A stretch of DNA of 54,346 bases from an uncultured virus (IMG/VR IMGVR_UViG_3300028394_003206) (lineage: Duplodnaviria; Heunggongvirae; Uroviricota; Caudoviricetes), in IMG/VR virus record IMGVR_UViG_3300028394_003206. One strand, 5' to 3'. Shown in pieces: positions 9,792 to 20,403 of this stretch; position 1 is the stretch's first letter; each line of letters begins with the position of its first letter. The position numbers and the translations under genes were made by a program. The notes under the pieces were generated by a model. That model was not told the origin of the DNA. It made no database searches and was given only the letters and a program-made list of their open reading frames with translations.

Positions 9792-10257
9792 ATTTCATAT
9801 TTTATTGGGATTTCTTACTGAAATACCACCTTTTTTAATATTCTTTACAAATAATAAATTAGCTGATAAAGTAGCAGTATTTATATTATTTTATTTTGTA
9901 TTAACTTTAGTGAAATTTGTATTTGACAAATCATTATTTGGAAATGATAGCAAAAGTTGTTTATTTTTATCACCTTTATTCATCCTAAGTTATAAACCAA
10001 AAGAAATAAACCATATCAAATATGGGAAATATTATTTAAGCTCAAGCAGTTATAATGATTTCATCATATTTAAACATGAAAAATTCAATTTTAAAAAAAT
10101 AGGACAATTTTCATTACTTAAAATTAATATAGATGTGATTGAAAGTAGATGTAAAAAGATTATTGAAGATTATGAAATTAATAATATAAATAAGTGGGAT
10201 GGAAATCTCGACCAGAAAACAAGAAGAAATTCTAGGTTAGAAAAATTAGGAATTTAA
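9778..10257 (+). CDS. Membrane protein with C-terminal tag (RNSRLEKLGI)
   Basis: 2-3 hydrophobic segments; ATG 9778 preferred over TTG 9769. Confidence 0.75.
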   Translation: MSRFKFHILLGFLTEIPPFLIFFTNNKLADKVAVFILFYFVLTLVKFVFDKSLFGNDSKSCLFLSPLFILSYKPKEINHIKYGKYYLSSSSYNDFIIFKHEKFNFKKIGQFSLLKINIDVIESRCKKIIEDYEINNINKWDGNLDQKTRRNSRLEKLGI

Positions 10258-10285
10258 AAAAAGCCACTTTAATAGTGGCTTTTTT
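10256..10285 (+). terminator. Intrinsic terminator
   Basis: AAGCCACT/AGTGGCTT hairpin plus T-tract. Confidence 0.8.
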
Positions 10286-10345
10286 AATTTAAGAAGGTTG
10301 TATTTTTTAATATATAATAAAAAATAATAAAAAATAATAAAAAAT

Positions 10346-10663
10346 ATGAATTTAAAAGTTAATATCAATAAAATACATGGAGATTTATTAAATCAGTTTA
10401 ATAATGTTAAAATAGAAGAGAAATCAAATTTAAAATTTGGAAACTATTTTTTATTAACAATAAATGAAGATAAAGAATTGAAAATGATTTTAACTAAAAA
10501 GGAAGTTGAAAATAATATTTTCAATTGGGCTTATTATTCAAACCCATTAAATGAAAATTCTGATTTAGTTGAAAGAAAATCAACAATTGAAACATTTAAA
10601 AATGATGTTAAAGATATTTTTGAGAAAAACAGATTTAGTTCTGATTATTTAGAAAATATTTAA
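10346..10663 (+). CDS. Hypothetical late protein
   Basis: 105 aa; TAATATATA at 10308-10316. Confidence 0.75.
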   Translation: MNLKVNINKIHGDLLNQFNNVKIEEKSNLKFGNYFLLTINEDKELKMILTKKEVENNIFNWAYYSNPLNENSDLVERKSTIETFKNDVKDIFEKNRFSSDYLENI

Positions 10664-10679
10664 AAAATAATTATAAAAA

Positions 10680-12437
10680 ATGAAATTTGTAGAAATTAAA
10701 TTTTCAAATATTAAGAATGAAATTGAAGATTTTCTAAAAACACAATATAATAAAGCTAGTGTTTTATTTTCAAATGCTTCTCCTTATGGACAAATATTAT
10801 CTGTTATAGAAAATTTACATCAATTATCTTTTCTTTATCTTAAAAATGCAATAACATCTTTTGATGTTACTAAACCACAAACATTAAATGAAAGGAATAT
10901 TAAAAATGCTGCAATTTTGGCTGGACATGTTCCATCAAGAGCAATTAGTGCTTCTGGTGTTTTAAGATTTATTGTAAAACCAGATGTTGATGTTGCAAAA
11001 GATATACCAAATGGTAAAATTATAATATCCAATAAAACAACTATCAAGAATTTAACAAATGGTTTATTTTATTCATTTAATATTGGTAGAGAAACTATAA
11101 CATATACAGTTGGCAATTCTAATATAAGTGGAAATGTTTCTAACAATTTCAATATTCCAATTATACAAGGAAAATGGACAACAAATACATATACAGGAAC
11201 TGGTGATCCATTACAAACATTAAATATAGTTGAAAATAGTAAGAAAGAAATAGAAAATTATAATGTTGAAGTAACTATTGATGGTGTATTATGGGAAAAT
11301 AAAAAACATTTATGGGATATGGCAACTGATGAACAAGCAGTTGTTATAAAAACTGGTTTTGATGGTGGTATAAATGTTATATTCGGAAATAGTAATTTTG
11401 GTGCAATTCCTCCTATTGGTGCTAGTATAACTGTTTCATTTTTATTATCTGATGGTAGTAATGGAAATATATTCAATAGTCAATTAAATGATTGGACATT
11501 TGTTGATGATATCAAAGATGTTACTGGAAAAGGGATTGATGAAACTAAAATATTTGATATTCAATATTTAACTAATATTGATTTTGGTAATGATAGTGAG
11601 AGTTTAGATTTCACTAGAAGTTTATTACCTATATCAAGTCCAAATTTTGTTTTAGCTACTCCACAACAATATGCTTATGAGATTTTAAAATTAGGAATGT
11701 TTTCATATGTTAATGCTTATGTTGCACCTAATGATAAAAGTGCAATCCCAACTATCAATATAGCAGTAGTTCCTAAAATTAGTTTATTTTCAAATGCTTC
11801 AACTAATTATTTTGCAATTCCAAATTTTGAAAGTGTATTATTATTGGATAAACATGAAAAAGACCAAATTGCAAATCATTTAAGAGCAAATGGTAATATA
11901 CAATTATCAAGAAAGATAAGATTTATAGATGCTGTTCCTTCTTATTATATTATTAATATGAATATTGTTAAAAAAGATGAAAGTGTGATTTTTGATGATT
12001 TAAAAAGTGAAATTATATCTATACTATCAGATTACTTTATTGGTTTCAATGGAATGATTAATAAAGCTACCGGTGTTGGTAAGATATCAAAATTAGATAT
12101 TATTAAAAATCTAACACAATTAGAAGATATAATCTCAATTGATATGTCTTTTGTTTCTAAAAATAATGAAGATTTCCATAAAAAATGGTTGAAAGATATA
12201 GAGAATGATCCATCTGGTCAAAATGTTCTTAATACATATAATGCAAATTTTAAAGATTTGAAATTAGGATTAGACCACGAATTGGGTGATATTATTTTTA
12301 GTGGAAATGAAATTCCAGTTTTTAGAGGTGGATGGGAAAACAGATTTGGTGTTCCTTATTCAGATGATATTAATGATAAAAATAGAAAAGTTGCTGTTAA
12401 TATAACAGAGGTTAAATATAAAAAAGATACTATATAA
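10680..12437 (+). CDS. Baseplate wedge subunit (T4 gp6 / baseplate-J-like)
   Basis: SPYGQIL, GHVPSRAISASG, FGNSNFGAIPP, SDGSNGNI and GNDSESLD motifs typical of myophage gp6-like wedge proteins. Confidence 0.8.
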   Translation: MKFVEIKFSNIKNEIEDFLKTQYNKASVLFSNASPYGQILSVIENLHQLSFLYLKNAITSFDVTKPQTLNERNIKNAAILAGHVPSRAISASGVLRFIVKPDVDVAKDIPNGKIIISNKTTIKNLTNGLFYSFNIGRETITYTVGNSNISGNVSNNFNIPIIQGKWTTNTYTGTGDPLQTLNIVENSKKEIENYNVEVTIDGVLWENKKHLWDMATDEQAVVIKTGFDGGINVIFGNSNFGAIPPIGASITVSFLLSDGSNGNIFNSQLNDWTFVDDIKDVTGKGIDETKIFDIQYLTNIDFGNDSESLDFTRSLLPISSPNFVLATPQQYAYEILKLGMFSYVNAYVAPNDKSAIPTINIAVVPKISLFSNASTNYFAIPNFESVLLLDKHEKDQIANHLRANGNIQLSRKIRFIDAVPSYYIINMNIVKKDESVIFDDLKSEIISILSDYFIGFNGMINKATGVGKISKLDIIKNLTQLEDIISIDMSFVSKNNEDFHKKWLKDIENDPSGQNVLNTYNANFKDLKLGLDHELGDIIFSGNEIPVFRGGWENRFGVPYSDDINDKNRKVAVNITEVKYKKDTI

Positions 12438-13387
12438 TGAAAAATTTGAAAAATTTTAAAAAATTTAATGAAAGTTTATTTAAAACTACAAAAATAATAG
12501 AGAATGTTAACTATCATAAAACTACTGTAAGAAATCTAGGTGAAGTTATTTTACCTGATCCAGAATTTGGTGATTTCAAATTAAGTGTTATGCCATTTGA
12601 AAATACTGGTAATTGGGTTTCTTTACCAGAAGGTTTCAAATTATGGGAAGAATCATTCAATCAAGTTATTAAGAATATACCACTACAAGAAGGTGCTAAT
12701 AATCACTATGTTACAATAGATACAAAATTCTTCACAACTGATGAATTTTTAAGAAGAGAAGGTATTCATATAGATGGTAATTTTTGTGTTGATCCAAACT
12801 TTAAAAAATTAAATGAGGCGACTATTGAGGATGTTTTAGATGATGAATATTTATCTGATGTTGAAGATGAGTTTAAAGCTTCTTGGGGTGGTGCTGAACC
12901 AAAACCAAGTTGGGGTGGTGCTAGATATGATGATGAGTTTAAGGCTTCTTGGGGTGGTGCTGAACCAAAACCAAGTTGGGGTGGTGCTAGATATGATAAT
13001 AAGTTAAAGGAAAAAGAGTATCATTATGAAGCAAAATCTGATAATTCACATGTTAAGATGGATTGGGTTCTACCATATAAAGATGTTATAATTCCAATTG
13101 CAGATTATGTTTCTGCTGATAAAGGTGGTATTTTAACAGTATCTACTGAAGTAGGTTGTCAAGCGTGGAATGGTGAATTTTATGGTGAGATTTTGGGAGA
13201 AGGATCATTTGAGAATATGAAAGAACAATTGACTGATGATAAGAAGAAAGTATTTGAAAGTAATCAATTGTATTTTATGTCTAGTAATACACCACATGAA
13301 ACTTTAATGATTGGTAAAGGTAAGAGAAGAACTTTTATGAGAATAACACTTAATCATAATTATGAAAATAAGAATATAATAAAATAA
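12437..13387 (+). CDS. 2OG-Fe(II) oxygenase-like protein with capsid-targeting-like tag and SWGG repeats
   Basis: RREGIHIDG (HxD), TPHET (distal His), RTFMRIT (2OG-binding Arg); starts MKNLKNFKKFNES. Confidence 0.7.
   Translation: MKNLKNFKKFNESLFKTTKIIENVNYHKTTVRNLGEVILPDPEFGDFKLSVMPFENTGNWVSLPEGFKLWEESFNQVIKNIPLQEGANNHYVTIDTKFFTTDEFLRREGIHIDGNFCVDPNFKKLNEATIEDVLDDEYLSDVEDEFKASWGGAEPKPSWGGARYDDEFKASWGGAEPKPSWGGARYDNKLKEKEYHYEAKSDNSHVKMDWVLPYKDVIIPIADYVSADKGGILTVSTEVGCQAWNGEFYGEILGEGSFENMKEQLTDDKKKVFESNQLYFMSSNTPHETLMIGKGKRRTFMRITLNHNYENKNIIK
12866..12997 (+). repeat. 66-bp tandem duplication (DEFKASWGGAEPKPSWGGARYD x2)
   Basis: Two copies with one synonymous mismatch (AAA/AAG). Confidence 0.95.
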
Positions 13388-13403
13388 AATTAATATATAA
13401 AGT

Positions 13404-13655
13404 ATGTTATATAACCAAAAAGAATTGCCAGAGATATTTTATCTAAAACACTTTAACGATAGTGATAAAGATTTTATTAAATATGATGAAGGAATATTGG
13501 ATAAAACCCTATCACCTAATATTTATAAAAATGATATGATGAATTCATTTTTGAAAAATTTAGAACCATTGGTGGCAATTTTATTTGATCAAATGAATGT
13601 TGTTAAAAATTGGAAAAATTATATGGTAGATAAATATGATTATCGTCATAAATAA
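13404..13655 (+). CDS. Small late protein, possibly baseplate-associated
   Basis: 83 aa; TAATATATA at 13391; near the wedge gene. Confidence 0.55.
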   Translation: MLYNQKELPEIFYLKHFNDSDKDFIKYDEGILDKTLSPNIYKNDMMNSFLKNLEPLVAILFDQMNVVKNWKNYMVDKYDYRHK

Positions 13656-13669
13656 ATAATTATATATAA

Positions 13670-14458
13670 ATGAAGTATTTGAAATTATACGAGGATTTTG
13701 ACAATCATAATGAAATACATGATATTTGTAAAAAATATGATATAACCAATTATACTATTAATAAAGATGGTTCTATTGATGTAGATGGTGATGTTAATTT
13801 TTATAGTAAAAGTTTTATTAGAAAAATTAAAAAACTACCAATTAAATTTAATAATGTAAATGGTAGTTTTGATTGTACTGATATAGAATTAGAAACATTA
13901 AAAGGATGTCCAAGAATTGTAACAGGAGATTTTATATGTAGAAATAATAATATTAAAACTTTAGAAAGTGCTCCTAATTCAATAGGTGGTGATTTTGTTT
14001 GCATTTATAATAAATTAACTACATTAGAAGGTGCTCCTAATTCAATAAGTGGTGATTTTGATTGCTCTTATAATCAATTAACATCATTAGAAGGTTGTCC
14101 TAATTCATTAGGTGGTGATTTCGATTGCTCTTATAATAAATTAACATCATTAGAAGGTTGTCCTAATTCATTAGGTGGTGATTTTAATTGCACCTCCAAT
14201 CAATTAACATCATTGTTTAATATTCCAGATATTAATTTGGATAATATTCTTTTAAATGATAATCCTATTTATGAAATATGGAATTTGTTTGATAACAGAC
14301 CTAATAATTTTCTAGAATTATTTAACTTTTATGAACCTATTAAATTAATAGATGGTGAATGGACAGTAATTCTAGAAGTTCTAAACCAAGTCCTTTATGA
14401 AACAGGTAATGATGAATTACTAGAAGGTATTAATTTTAAAAATTATAAAGTAATATGA
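13670..14458 (+). CDS. LRR-like repeat protein A (LTSLEGxP 22-aa repeats) with capsid-targeting-like tag
   Basis: Repeats such as GGDFDCSYNKLTSLEGCPNSL; paralog of 20880-21818 and 35633-36439. Confidence 0.85.
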   Translation: MKYLKLYEDFDNHNEIHDICKKYDITNYTINKDGSIDVDGDVNFYSKSFIRKIKKLPIKFNNVNGSFDCTDIELETLKGCPRIVTGDFICRNNNIKTLESAPNSIGGDFVCIYNKLTTLEGAPNSISGDFDCSYNQLTSLEGCPNSLGGDFDCSYNKLTSLEGCPNSLGGDFNCTSNQLTSLFNIPDINLDNILLNDNPIYEIWNLFDNRPNNFLELFNFYEPIKLIDGEWTVILEVLNQVLYETGNDELLEGINFKNYKVI

Positions 14459-14673
14459 AATACCTAAAATTATATGAAGATTTTAACCAAAATCAAAATG
14501 AAATACATGATATTTGTAAAAAATATGATATAACCAATTACTATTAATGAAGATGGTTCTATTGATATGAAACTAGTAATGATGAATTAATAGAAAGTAA
14601 TGGTGAATTAACACTACACACTGTTAATAAAATACTTGATATTGAATTTGAAAATTACAAAGTAATTATTTAA
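14455..14673 (+). pseudogene. LRR-family remnant with the whole repeat core deleted
   Basis: MKYLKLYEDFNQNQNEIHDICKKYDITNY, frameshift, NEDGSID, joined to C-terminal YETSNDEL...FENYKVII. Confidence 0.85.
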
Positions 14674-14742
14674 TATATACTAAATAAAAAAACAATATAA
14701 ATATTTAATATATAAAATATAATAAAAAAATATACATTAAAA

Positions 14743-15348
14743 ATGGAAAGAAAAATAGTTGGATTTAAAAAGTTTTCTGAATTGAAAAAGGATTTTAAAG
14801 AAGTTGAACCTACAAATCAATCACCTAATGATGAATTGCCTATGAACCCTAATTTACCAACAGAAACTTCTAAAAAAGAAACATCTATTAAAGATGATAA
14901 ATTAGAACCAACTAAACATTCAGATTTGGAAAAAGAATTGGAAGAAACTGATGAATATCCAAAATTGGAAAAAAATGTTTCAACTTTTGGTAAGGTTGCT
15001 AGATTTCCTAAAAATGTACAAGCATCTAAAGCATTCGCTTTCATGGAAAATATTAAAATATCAAAAAAATCAATATGGTATTTAATGATTGAAAAACAAG
15101 ATTCTGAATTGCAAATGGTTAAATATAACTATAAAGAAGGTGTTGATTTAAATAAATTTGTAAATGAATTGAAAACTTACTATCTACACAAATTCTCTAA
15201 AAATAAAGAAATTTGTGAAAAAATCAATAATATTGAAGTAGATGGTAATGATAAATTTAGCTGCATAAAATCTATTCCCCTTATTAAAATAAATGAAAGA
15301 ACTCTTATTTCTATTATCACTGAAGATTTAATTAAATTATTAAGTTAA
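14743..15348 (+). CDS. Hypothetical late protein
   Basis: 201 aa; TAATATATA motifs upstream; disordered N-terminal half. Confidence 0.75.
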   Translation: MERKIVGFKKFSELKKDFKEVEPTNQSPNDELPMNPNLPTETSKKETSIKDDKLEPTKHSDLEKELEETDEYPKLEKNVSTFGKVARFPKNVQASKAFAFMENIKISKKSIWYLMIEKQDSELQMVKYNYKEGVDLNKFVNELKTYYLHKFSKNKEICEKINNIEVDGNDKFSCIKSIPLIKINERTLISIITEDLIKLLS

Positions 15349-15359
15349 TATTTAAAAAA

Positions 15360-15686
15360 ATGAAATATATTAAAAAAATAAATGAGTTTTTAGATAATTC
15401 TTTTGAAATAAAAATTAAAGAATTAGAAAGTATCATAGAATCAGTATGTGTTTTCTATTCTAATCCTGAACAAAAAGAAAATCATCCAGCATATAAAGAA
15501 TTTATTTCACTTGGTGAAATAGCAATTCCATTTTTAATTGAAAAAATGGATACCGATTATAAACATGTTTGGTTAAATGCATTGAATATTATCACTGGTA
15601 TTGATCCAATTAATGAAGATGATAGAGGAAATATTGATGCTATAGCTAAAACATGGAAAAAATGGGCATTGGATAATGGATATTAA
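15360..15686 (+). CDS. Small HEAT-like helical protein with capsid-targeting-like tag
   Basis: HPAYKEFISLGEIAIPFL...WLNALNIITGIDP...WKKW; related to 22673-23005. Confidence 0.75.
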   Translation: MKYIKKINEFLDNSFEIKIKELESIIESVCVFYSNPEQKENHPAYKEFISLGEIAIPFLIEKMDTDYKHVWLNALNIITGIDPINEDDRGNIDAIAKTWKKWALDNGY

Positions 15687-16150
15687 GAATTTTATGAAAG
15701 AACTAAAACATTTGTAATAGATGTTGATAAATTAATCATTTTAGGTGATTATGATGATAAAATCATAACAAAAAATATTATAAATAATTTATTTAGATGG
15801 ATTAAATTAAATATTGATATTATATATGAATTATCAAAAGAAGAAACAGATATAAATCTTATTGATAAATTATTGAAAATATCATAAAAATAACTATATT
15901 TGTATAAAATATATACAAAATATGGAAGATATGAGTGTTTTAACAAAATTCAAAGATTACTTTAAATCAGTTTTTATATCATCTACAATTGATGTAGATT
16001 TAGATATGGATAAATTAGAAGTTGGTGATAGATATATCGGAACTATAGATAATGATCAAAAAAATCAAGTTATTATCATAACAGAAAGTTGCTAAAAGAT
16101 GAAGAAGCAATTCAAGCTTTTCTTTATTACTATGGTTTTCAAAAATTTTA
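15676..16150 (+). pseudogene. Two decayed, frameshifted genes
   Basis: Coding-like fragments (EFYERTKTFVIDVDK...; MEDMSVLTKFKDYF*...LEVGDRYIGTID) broken by stops; host-type promoter at 15895. Confidence 0.5.
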
Positions 16151-16161
16151 TTTATAAACAT

Positions 16162-16190
16162 AAAAGCCTAGTTTTAAACTAGGCTTTTTT
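16162..16190. terminator. Bidirectional terminator
   Basis: AAAAGCCTAGTTT/AAACTAGGCTTTT. Confidence 0.8.
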
Positions 16191-16192
16191 CT

Positions 16193-17368
16193 TTATATAA
16201 AGAATGGTTTATTTGATTCAATCTTAGCAATTTCTTCTGGTGTAAAAGCTTGTGGGTGTGATTGCATAGCTTTTAAAACTTCTTGATAAGAAGCTTTAGC
16301 TTCATCAATACGATTTGTGTAATAACACGTAGCGGCATGTGCATCAGCAAATTTCCAAATATAAAGTGGCTCTTCAACAAATAATAATCTTGTTGGATAT
16401 GGACTACGACCATGGAAATTCATTTTAGCAAATTTAGTATATAAATAAGCAGTATGCCATTCACCCATTCTCATATAATAATCTATAATAGTTTTAATAG
16501 ATTCACCTCTTAATGGATCAAGTGAATAAGCTTTAAGTAACTCCTGGTGTGTTAAATTCCAAGGCTCTTCTAATAAATTCATAATTGTCCCAACTCTGTA
16601 TTGAGAATAATAAATTTCTTCCCCATAACCATCAGTTCTTGTTACCCTTTCTTTATAATAATGTAAAGAACGTTTTAATCTTTCCTCATTCTCTAACTTG
16701 TTGTTTTTCATACTGGCACTATCATGATAACTCTGTGCTAAATAAAAAATCCAACGGCAGTCACTTCTATCATCTGAAACATATTTTTCTAAAGAATGTG
16801 CATGTGCTAAGTATTTTTGTGAAATATCACCCTGCCAACTAGCACCATCCATATTAACATGGATTGAAATTCCATTAGCAATACCAGATGTAACATTTTT
16901 ATCGTCACAAATTATGAACTCGTGGGTGGGACCATACCATCTGAAGGGTTTTGAAACTCTAAAAAATGTATTACGGGTATAAGCCATTGCACCAATTTTA
17001 GCATTAATCATATACAAATCTTTAGTAAATTGTGATTTATCGAAATTATCATCTATAATTAATTGTTCGTCACAATCGTACCAGATCCCAAAAATTTTAC
17101 TAGCATCCCAACCTAATTCTTTAACAACTTCTCTCAATTTATCCATCGCAAAGTTTCTACTATTATCAAAACTATCAAATGGTCTTTCAAAGACATAAGT
17201 TGGTGTGTTATTATCTTCACCCCATTTTTTAATCATTTCAATGGTGTTATCTGTTGATCCAGTGTCATTTACAACAATTAAATCAAAAATCCCTTTAGAG
17301 GAATCTAACATTCTATTTATTACATGTGCTTCATTTTTACAAATAAAGTTAAGTGCTAATTTATTCAT
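16193..17368 (-). CDS. Glycosyltransferase family 2 with C-terminal TPR region
   Basis: ICKNEAHVI, DTGSTDNT, FDNSRN, DCDE, GPTHE motifs; FYLAQSY-type TPR helices. Confidence 0.9.
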   Translation of the reverse strand: MNKLALNFICKNEAHVINRMLDSSKGIFDLIVVNDTGSTDNTIEMIKKWGEDNNTPTYVFERPFDSFDNSRNFAMDKLREVVKELGWDASKIFGIWYDCDEQLIIDDNFDKSQFTKDLYMINAKIGAMAYTRNTFFRVSKPFRWYGPTHEFIICDDKNVTSGIANGISIHVNMDGASWQGDISQKYLAHAHSLEKYVSDDRSDCRWIFYLAQSYHDSASMKNNKLENEERLKRSLHYYKERVTRTDGYGEEIYYSQYRVGTIMNLLEEPWNLTHQELLKAYSLDPLRGESIKTIIDYYMRMGEWHTAYLYTKFAKMNFHGRSPYPTRLLFVEEPLYIWKFADAHAATCYYTNRIDEAKASYQEVLKAMQSHPQAFTPEEIAKIESNKPFFI

Positions 17369-17451
17369 TAGGTATAATTATTTTTTAATTTATATGGAAA
17401 GGAAGATGTAAAGTTTAATATATACTTTATAATTAAAAATAATGATAAATA

Positions 17452-17610
17452 ATGATAGAAGAATTTATTAAAGTTAGAATAAACCACACAAATATAGAAC
17501 ACTATTCAAAATACAAACCTAATTATGGTGATATTATTATAGTAAGTTCATTTGATATGAATTATATAGATTATGAAAAAATAATTAAAGAAAATGAAAA
17601 AAAATTGTAA
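17452..17610 (+). pseudogene. Internally deleted homing-endonuclease-like remnant
   Basis: MIEEFIKVRINHTNIEHYSKYKPNYGDIIIV resembles phage HEG N-termini but is only 52 aa; overlaps the RHH gene start. Confidence 0.4.
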
Positions 17611-17998
17611 AATTGAATTTAAGCTCAGTGAAGAAATGTTAATTAACTACAAAAAACATTGTGAAGATAATGGATATGACATGAGTAAACGATTGAGAAT
17701 GTTTATTGAGAATGAGCTTCCAACTGAATATAAGACTATTAAATTATCTGGTATAGAATATGAACCATATATAAAATTAAAATCCTTTAAAGTGGATGAA
17801 TATGAGTTTTCAGGTTTTGAGAAAGGACCAAATGTGTTTATATTTTCAACAGAAGATATATTAAATGAAGGTGATAATATTACATTTAGAATAAATTTAT
17901 TGGAATATAAATTAGATGGTATAAAGATATTTAACCAGAAAGATAATAGATATATTATTGAATGTTCTAATTGGAAGATTAAGTATTTGAATATTTAA
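17594..17998 (+). CDS. Ribbon-helix-helix DNA-binding domain protein
   Basis: KIEFKLSEEMLINYKKHCEDNGYDMSKRLRMFI fits the RHH pattern. Confidence 0.65.
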   Translation: MKKNCKIEFKLSEEMLINYKKHCEDNGYDMSKRLRMFIENELPTEYKTIKLSGIEYEPYIKLKSFKVDEYEFSGFEKGPNVFIFSTEDILNEGDNITFRINLLEYKLDGIKIFNQKDNRYIIECSNWKIKYLNI

Positions 17999-18027
17999 AA
18001 AAGCCCAGTTTAAACTGGGCTTTTTTT
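17997..18027. terminator. Bidirectional terminator
   Basis: AAAAAAGCCCAGTTTAAACTGGGCTTTTTT palindrome. Confidence 0.85.
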
Positions 18028-18754
18028 ATTGCTTTTCTATTTTAATCACAAGTTGATTATCACCACCACTTAAAATTATTTTATGTCCAGATTGGTTTAT
18101 CTCATTTATTAAATTGATTAAAGGTATTCTAAGTTCTTTAGTATTATTATCCAATGTGATAGCACCTGATTGTATTTTAGAAATTGTAGATTGGATTGAT
18201 GATAAAATCATATAATCTTTTTTTGCAAAATTAAATTCTAACCAATTTCCATTTAATTTAAATTTTTTATAATTAAATGGACTTGTTGTTAACATATCTT
18301 TTAATTTTCCTAAATATTCATCTATTTTATTAGAACTATCACCTTCAGGTGAATTAAATATAACAATAAATGTTATATGTAACCCCATATAATCTTGATT
18401 TAATTGGAAATTGATTTCACTTTCACCAGATAAAGCGTAAAACCTTTCAATTTCACTAACAGCTTTTTTTATCACATCAAATGAATTGAAAAAATTACCT
18501 TTCAATCCATTATTTAAACCTTTACCATCACCAAGATGTAATGTTATTTTTTTAGCAAGTTTATATTTAGATGGATCTTTTAAGTATGATGTTTTTTTAA
18601 CTACTTTATTATCAGTTACTAAAACATCTTCAATTTCTAAAGAATCAGGATCTACATCTATATAATCTATAAACAAATCTTTTATATCATCATTTGTGTG
18701 TTCATCATATGCAACTATATGCTTTTGATCATTAAATCTTTTTAAATGTTTCAT
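18026..18754 (-). CDS. Hypothetical protein with capsid-targeting-like N-terminus
   Basis: 242 aa, MKHLKRFND. Confidence 0.8.
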   Translation of the reverse strand: MKHLKRFNDQKHIVAYDEHTNDDIKDLFIDYIDVDPDSLEIEDVLVTDNKVVKKTSYLKDPSKYKLAKKITLHLGDGKGLNNGLKGNFFNSFDVIKKAVSEIERFYALSGESEINFQLNQDYMGLHITFIVIFNSPEGDSSNKIDEYLGKLKDMLTTSPFNYKKFKLNGNWLEFNFAKKDYMILSSIQSTISKIQSGAITLDNNTKELRIPLINLINEINQSGHKIILSGGDNQLVIKIEKQ

Positions 18755-18769
18755 ATCTTATTTTTTTTT

Positions 18770-18920
18770 TAATTTATTTTATATTGGAAATTCCATAATC
18801 TTCTATCTGACAATTGCTCAAATGGAACTAAACTATCATTTCCGGTTTCTTCTAAAATAAATTCATTTCATGGATTTTATTTTGATTTTCAAAATCCTCA
18901 TATAATTTCAAATATTTCAT
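18770..18920 (-). pseudogene. Second LRR-family remnant (core deleted)
   Basis: MKYLKLYEDFENQNKIHE (near-identical to the 35633 start) joined out of frame to LEETGND, like the family C-terminus LYETGND; late motif 18945-18953. Confidence 0.7.
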
Positions 18921-18958
18921 ATAATGTTACATATTTCATGATTATATATATTAAAAAA

Positions 18959-19747
18959 TTATTTCAATATATCAATTATATTAAAATTTCCTTTTGAATT
19001 AAAAAATTTCATTATATATTCTTCATTATTTTCCAAAAAAATAATAACTTTATTTTTATATTCTGATGGTATATCATGACTTATACTCTTATCTAAATAT
19101 AAATAATAAATATTATTAGATATTTCAAATCTAATTTTAAATTTAGTCTCATAACCATATTTTAAATATCCAATTCTAAATATAATATCATCTAAATTAT
19201 AAGTAACAGAGTTAAGTTCTTCTAAAACTTCAAACGGGTTTTTAATTGAATTTAATTCAATTTTTGAATTATTAGATTTAAAATAATTATTTATTACATA
19301 ATAATTACTTAGTAAAAAATTAGAAACCTCATTTTTAATATCACTAGATATATAATCTTCTTCACTAAATATAAAATTACCTGTATTTTTATTAAATGCT
19401 ACATAAAAAATATCATCTAAATATTTAAATTTTACATATAGATTTTTCTTCATCAAAGATTTATTCCCTACATAGTTTTTAAATAAATAGTATTCAATAT
19501 TATTTATATTTAAAGTTATAGAATTTTCTATTTCTTGTTCATTCAATGTTCTATAGAATTCAGATATAATATATCTATTTTTAAATGATGTGAAATTTTT
19601 TACTCTTAAATTATTTATCAATTTATCTATATTAATTAAAAAATTATCATCATTTACATTTAAAATTGATATATTATTTTTTATACTAGTTAAATTTACA
19701 TCATTTAATAAATATTCTTTATATTTTTCTAAATCTCTAATTTTCAT
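18959..19747 (-). CDS. Hypothetical Asn-rich protein
   Basis: 262 aa ORF. Confidence 0.7.
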   Translation of the reverse strand: MKIRDLEKYKEYLLNDVNLTSIKNNISILNVNDDNFLINIDKLINNLRVKNFTSFKNRYIISEFYRTLNEQEIENSITLNINNIEYYLFKNYVGNKSLMKKNLYVKFKYLDDIFYVAFNKNTGNFIFSEEDYISSDIKNEVSNFLLSNYYVINNYFKSNNSKIELNSIKNPFEVLEELNSVTYNLDDIIFRIGYLKYGYETKFKIRFEISNNIYYLYLDKSISHDIPSEYKNKVIIFLENNEEYIMKFFNSKGNFNIIDILK

Positions 19748-19776
19748 GATTATTATATTAAATATAATAAATTAGT

Positions 19777-20322
19777 TTAACCATTAATATCATATTCTAA
19801 CCCATTCAATAATATATCTATATTATATTTTTTACTATAATCTTTTATCAAATCTAAATTATCCAATATAAAATTTTCATCACTAAAATCTATATAAAAT
19901 AAATATTTTGACAATTCATTTATATCTTTGTATATAATCTCTTCACTTTCATTAGGATCAATTCTATCTATATTACTTTTAGATAATTTAAAATAATCAT
20001 TTTTAGTATAAACACAGAAATAATCATATGGGTCAATTTTATAATTAAATCTAATTTTGTTAGCATCCAGACAAAATATAACACCATTTTTATAATTAAC
20101 TGATTTCAAATTTCTATTTCTAGTAAATGAAATAGCTTTTTTATCTAAATTATCATTAAACATAGGATAATAATCCAATCCTAGAATTAATTTATTAGAT
20201 ATTAATATTTCCAATGCTGATTCAATATTTGTAATATGGTATAATGGTGCATAATTTGATATATTTTTAATATCATCAATTATACTTTCTAAGAAAAACT
20301 CATAAGTCATTAAATATTTCAT
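19777..20322 (-). CDS. Putative ADP-ribosyltransferase-fold protein with capsid-targeting-like tag
   Basis: LYHIT...ILISNKL...AISFTRN...ESEE pattern; MKYLMTYEFFLES; late motif 20328-20336. Confidence 0.55.
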   Translation of the reverse strand: MKYLMTYEFFLESIIDDIKNISNYAPLYHITNIESALEILISNKLILGLDYYPMFNDNLDKKAISFTRNRNLKSVNYKNGVIFCLDANKIRFNYKIDPYDYFCVYTKNDYFKLSKSNIDRIDPNESEEIIYKDINELSKYLFYIDFSDENFILDNLDLIKDYSKKYNIDILLNGLEYDING

Positions 20323-20403
20323 AATTATATATATTAAAAAAAAATATTTTGGAAATTATAAAATAAACATTGTATATTAAAAATAATTTTGTATATTTGT
20401 TAT

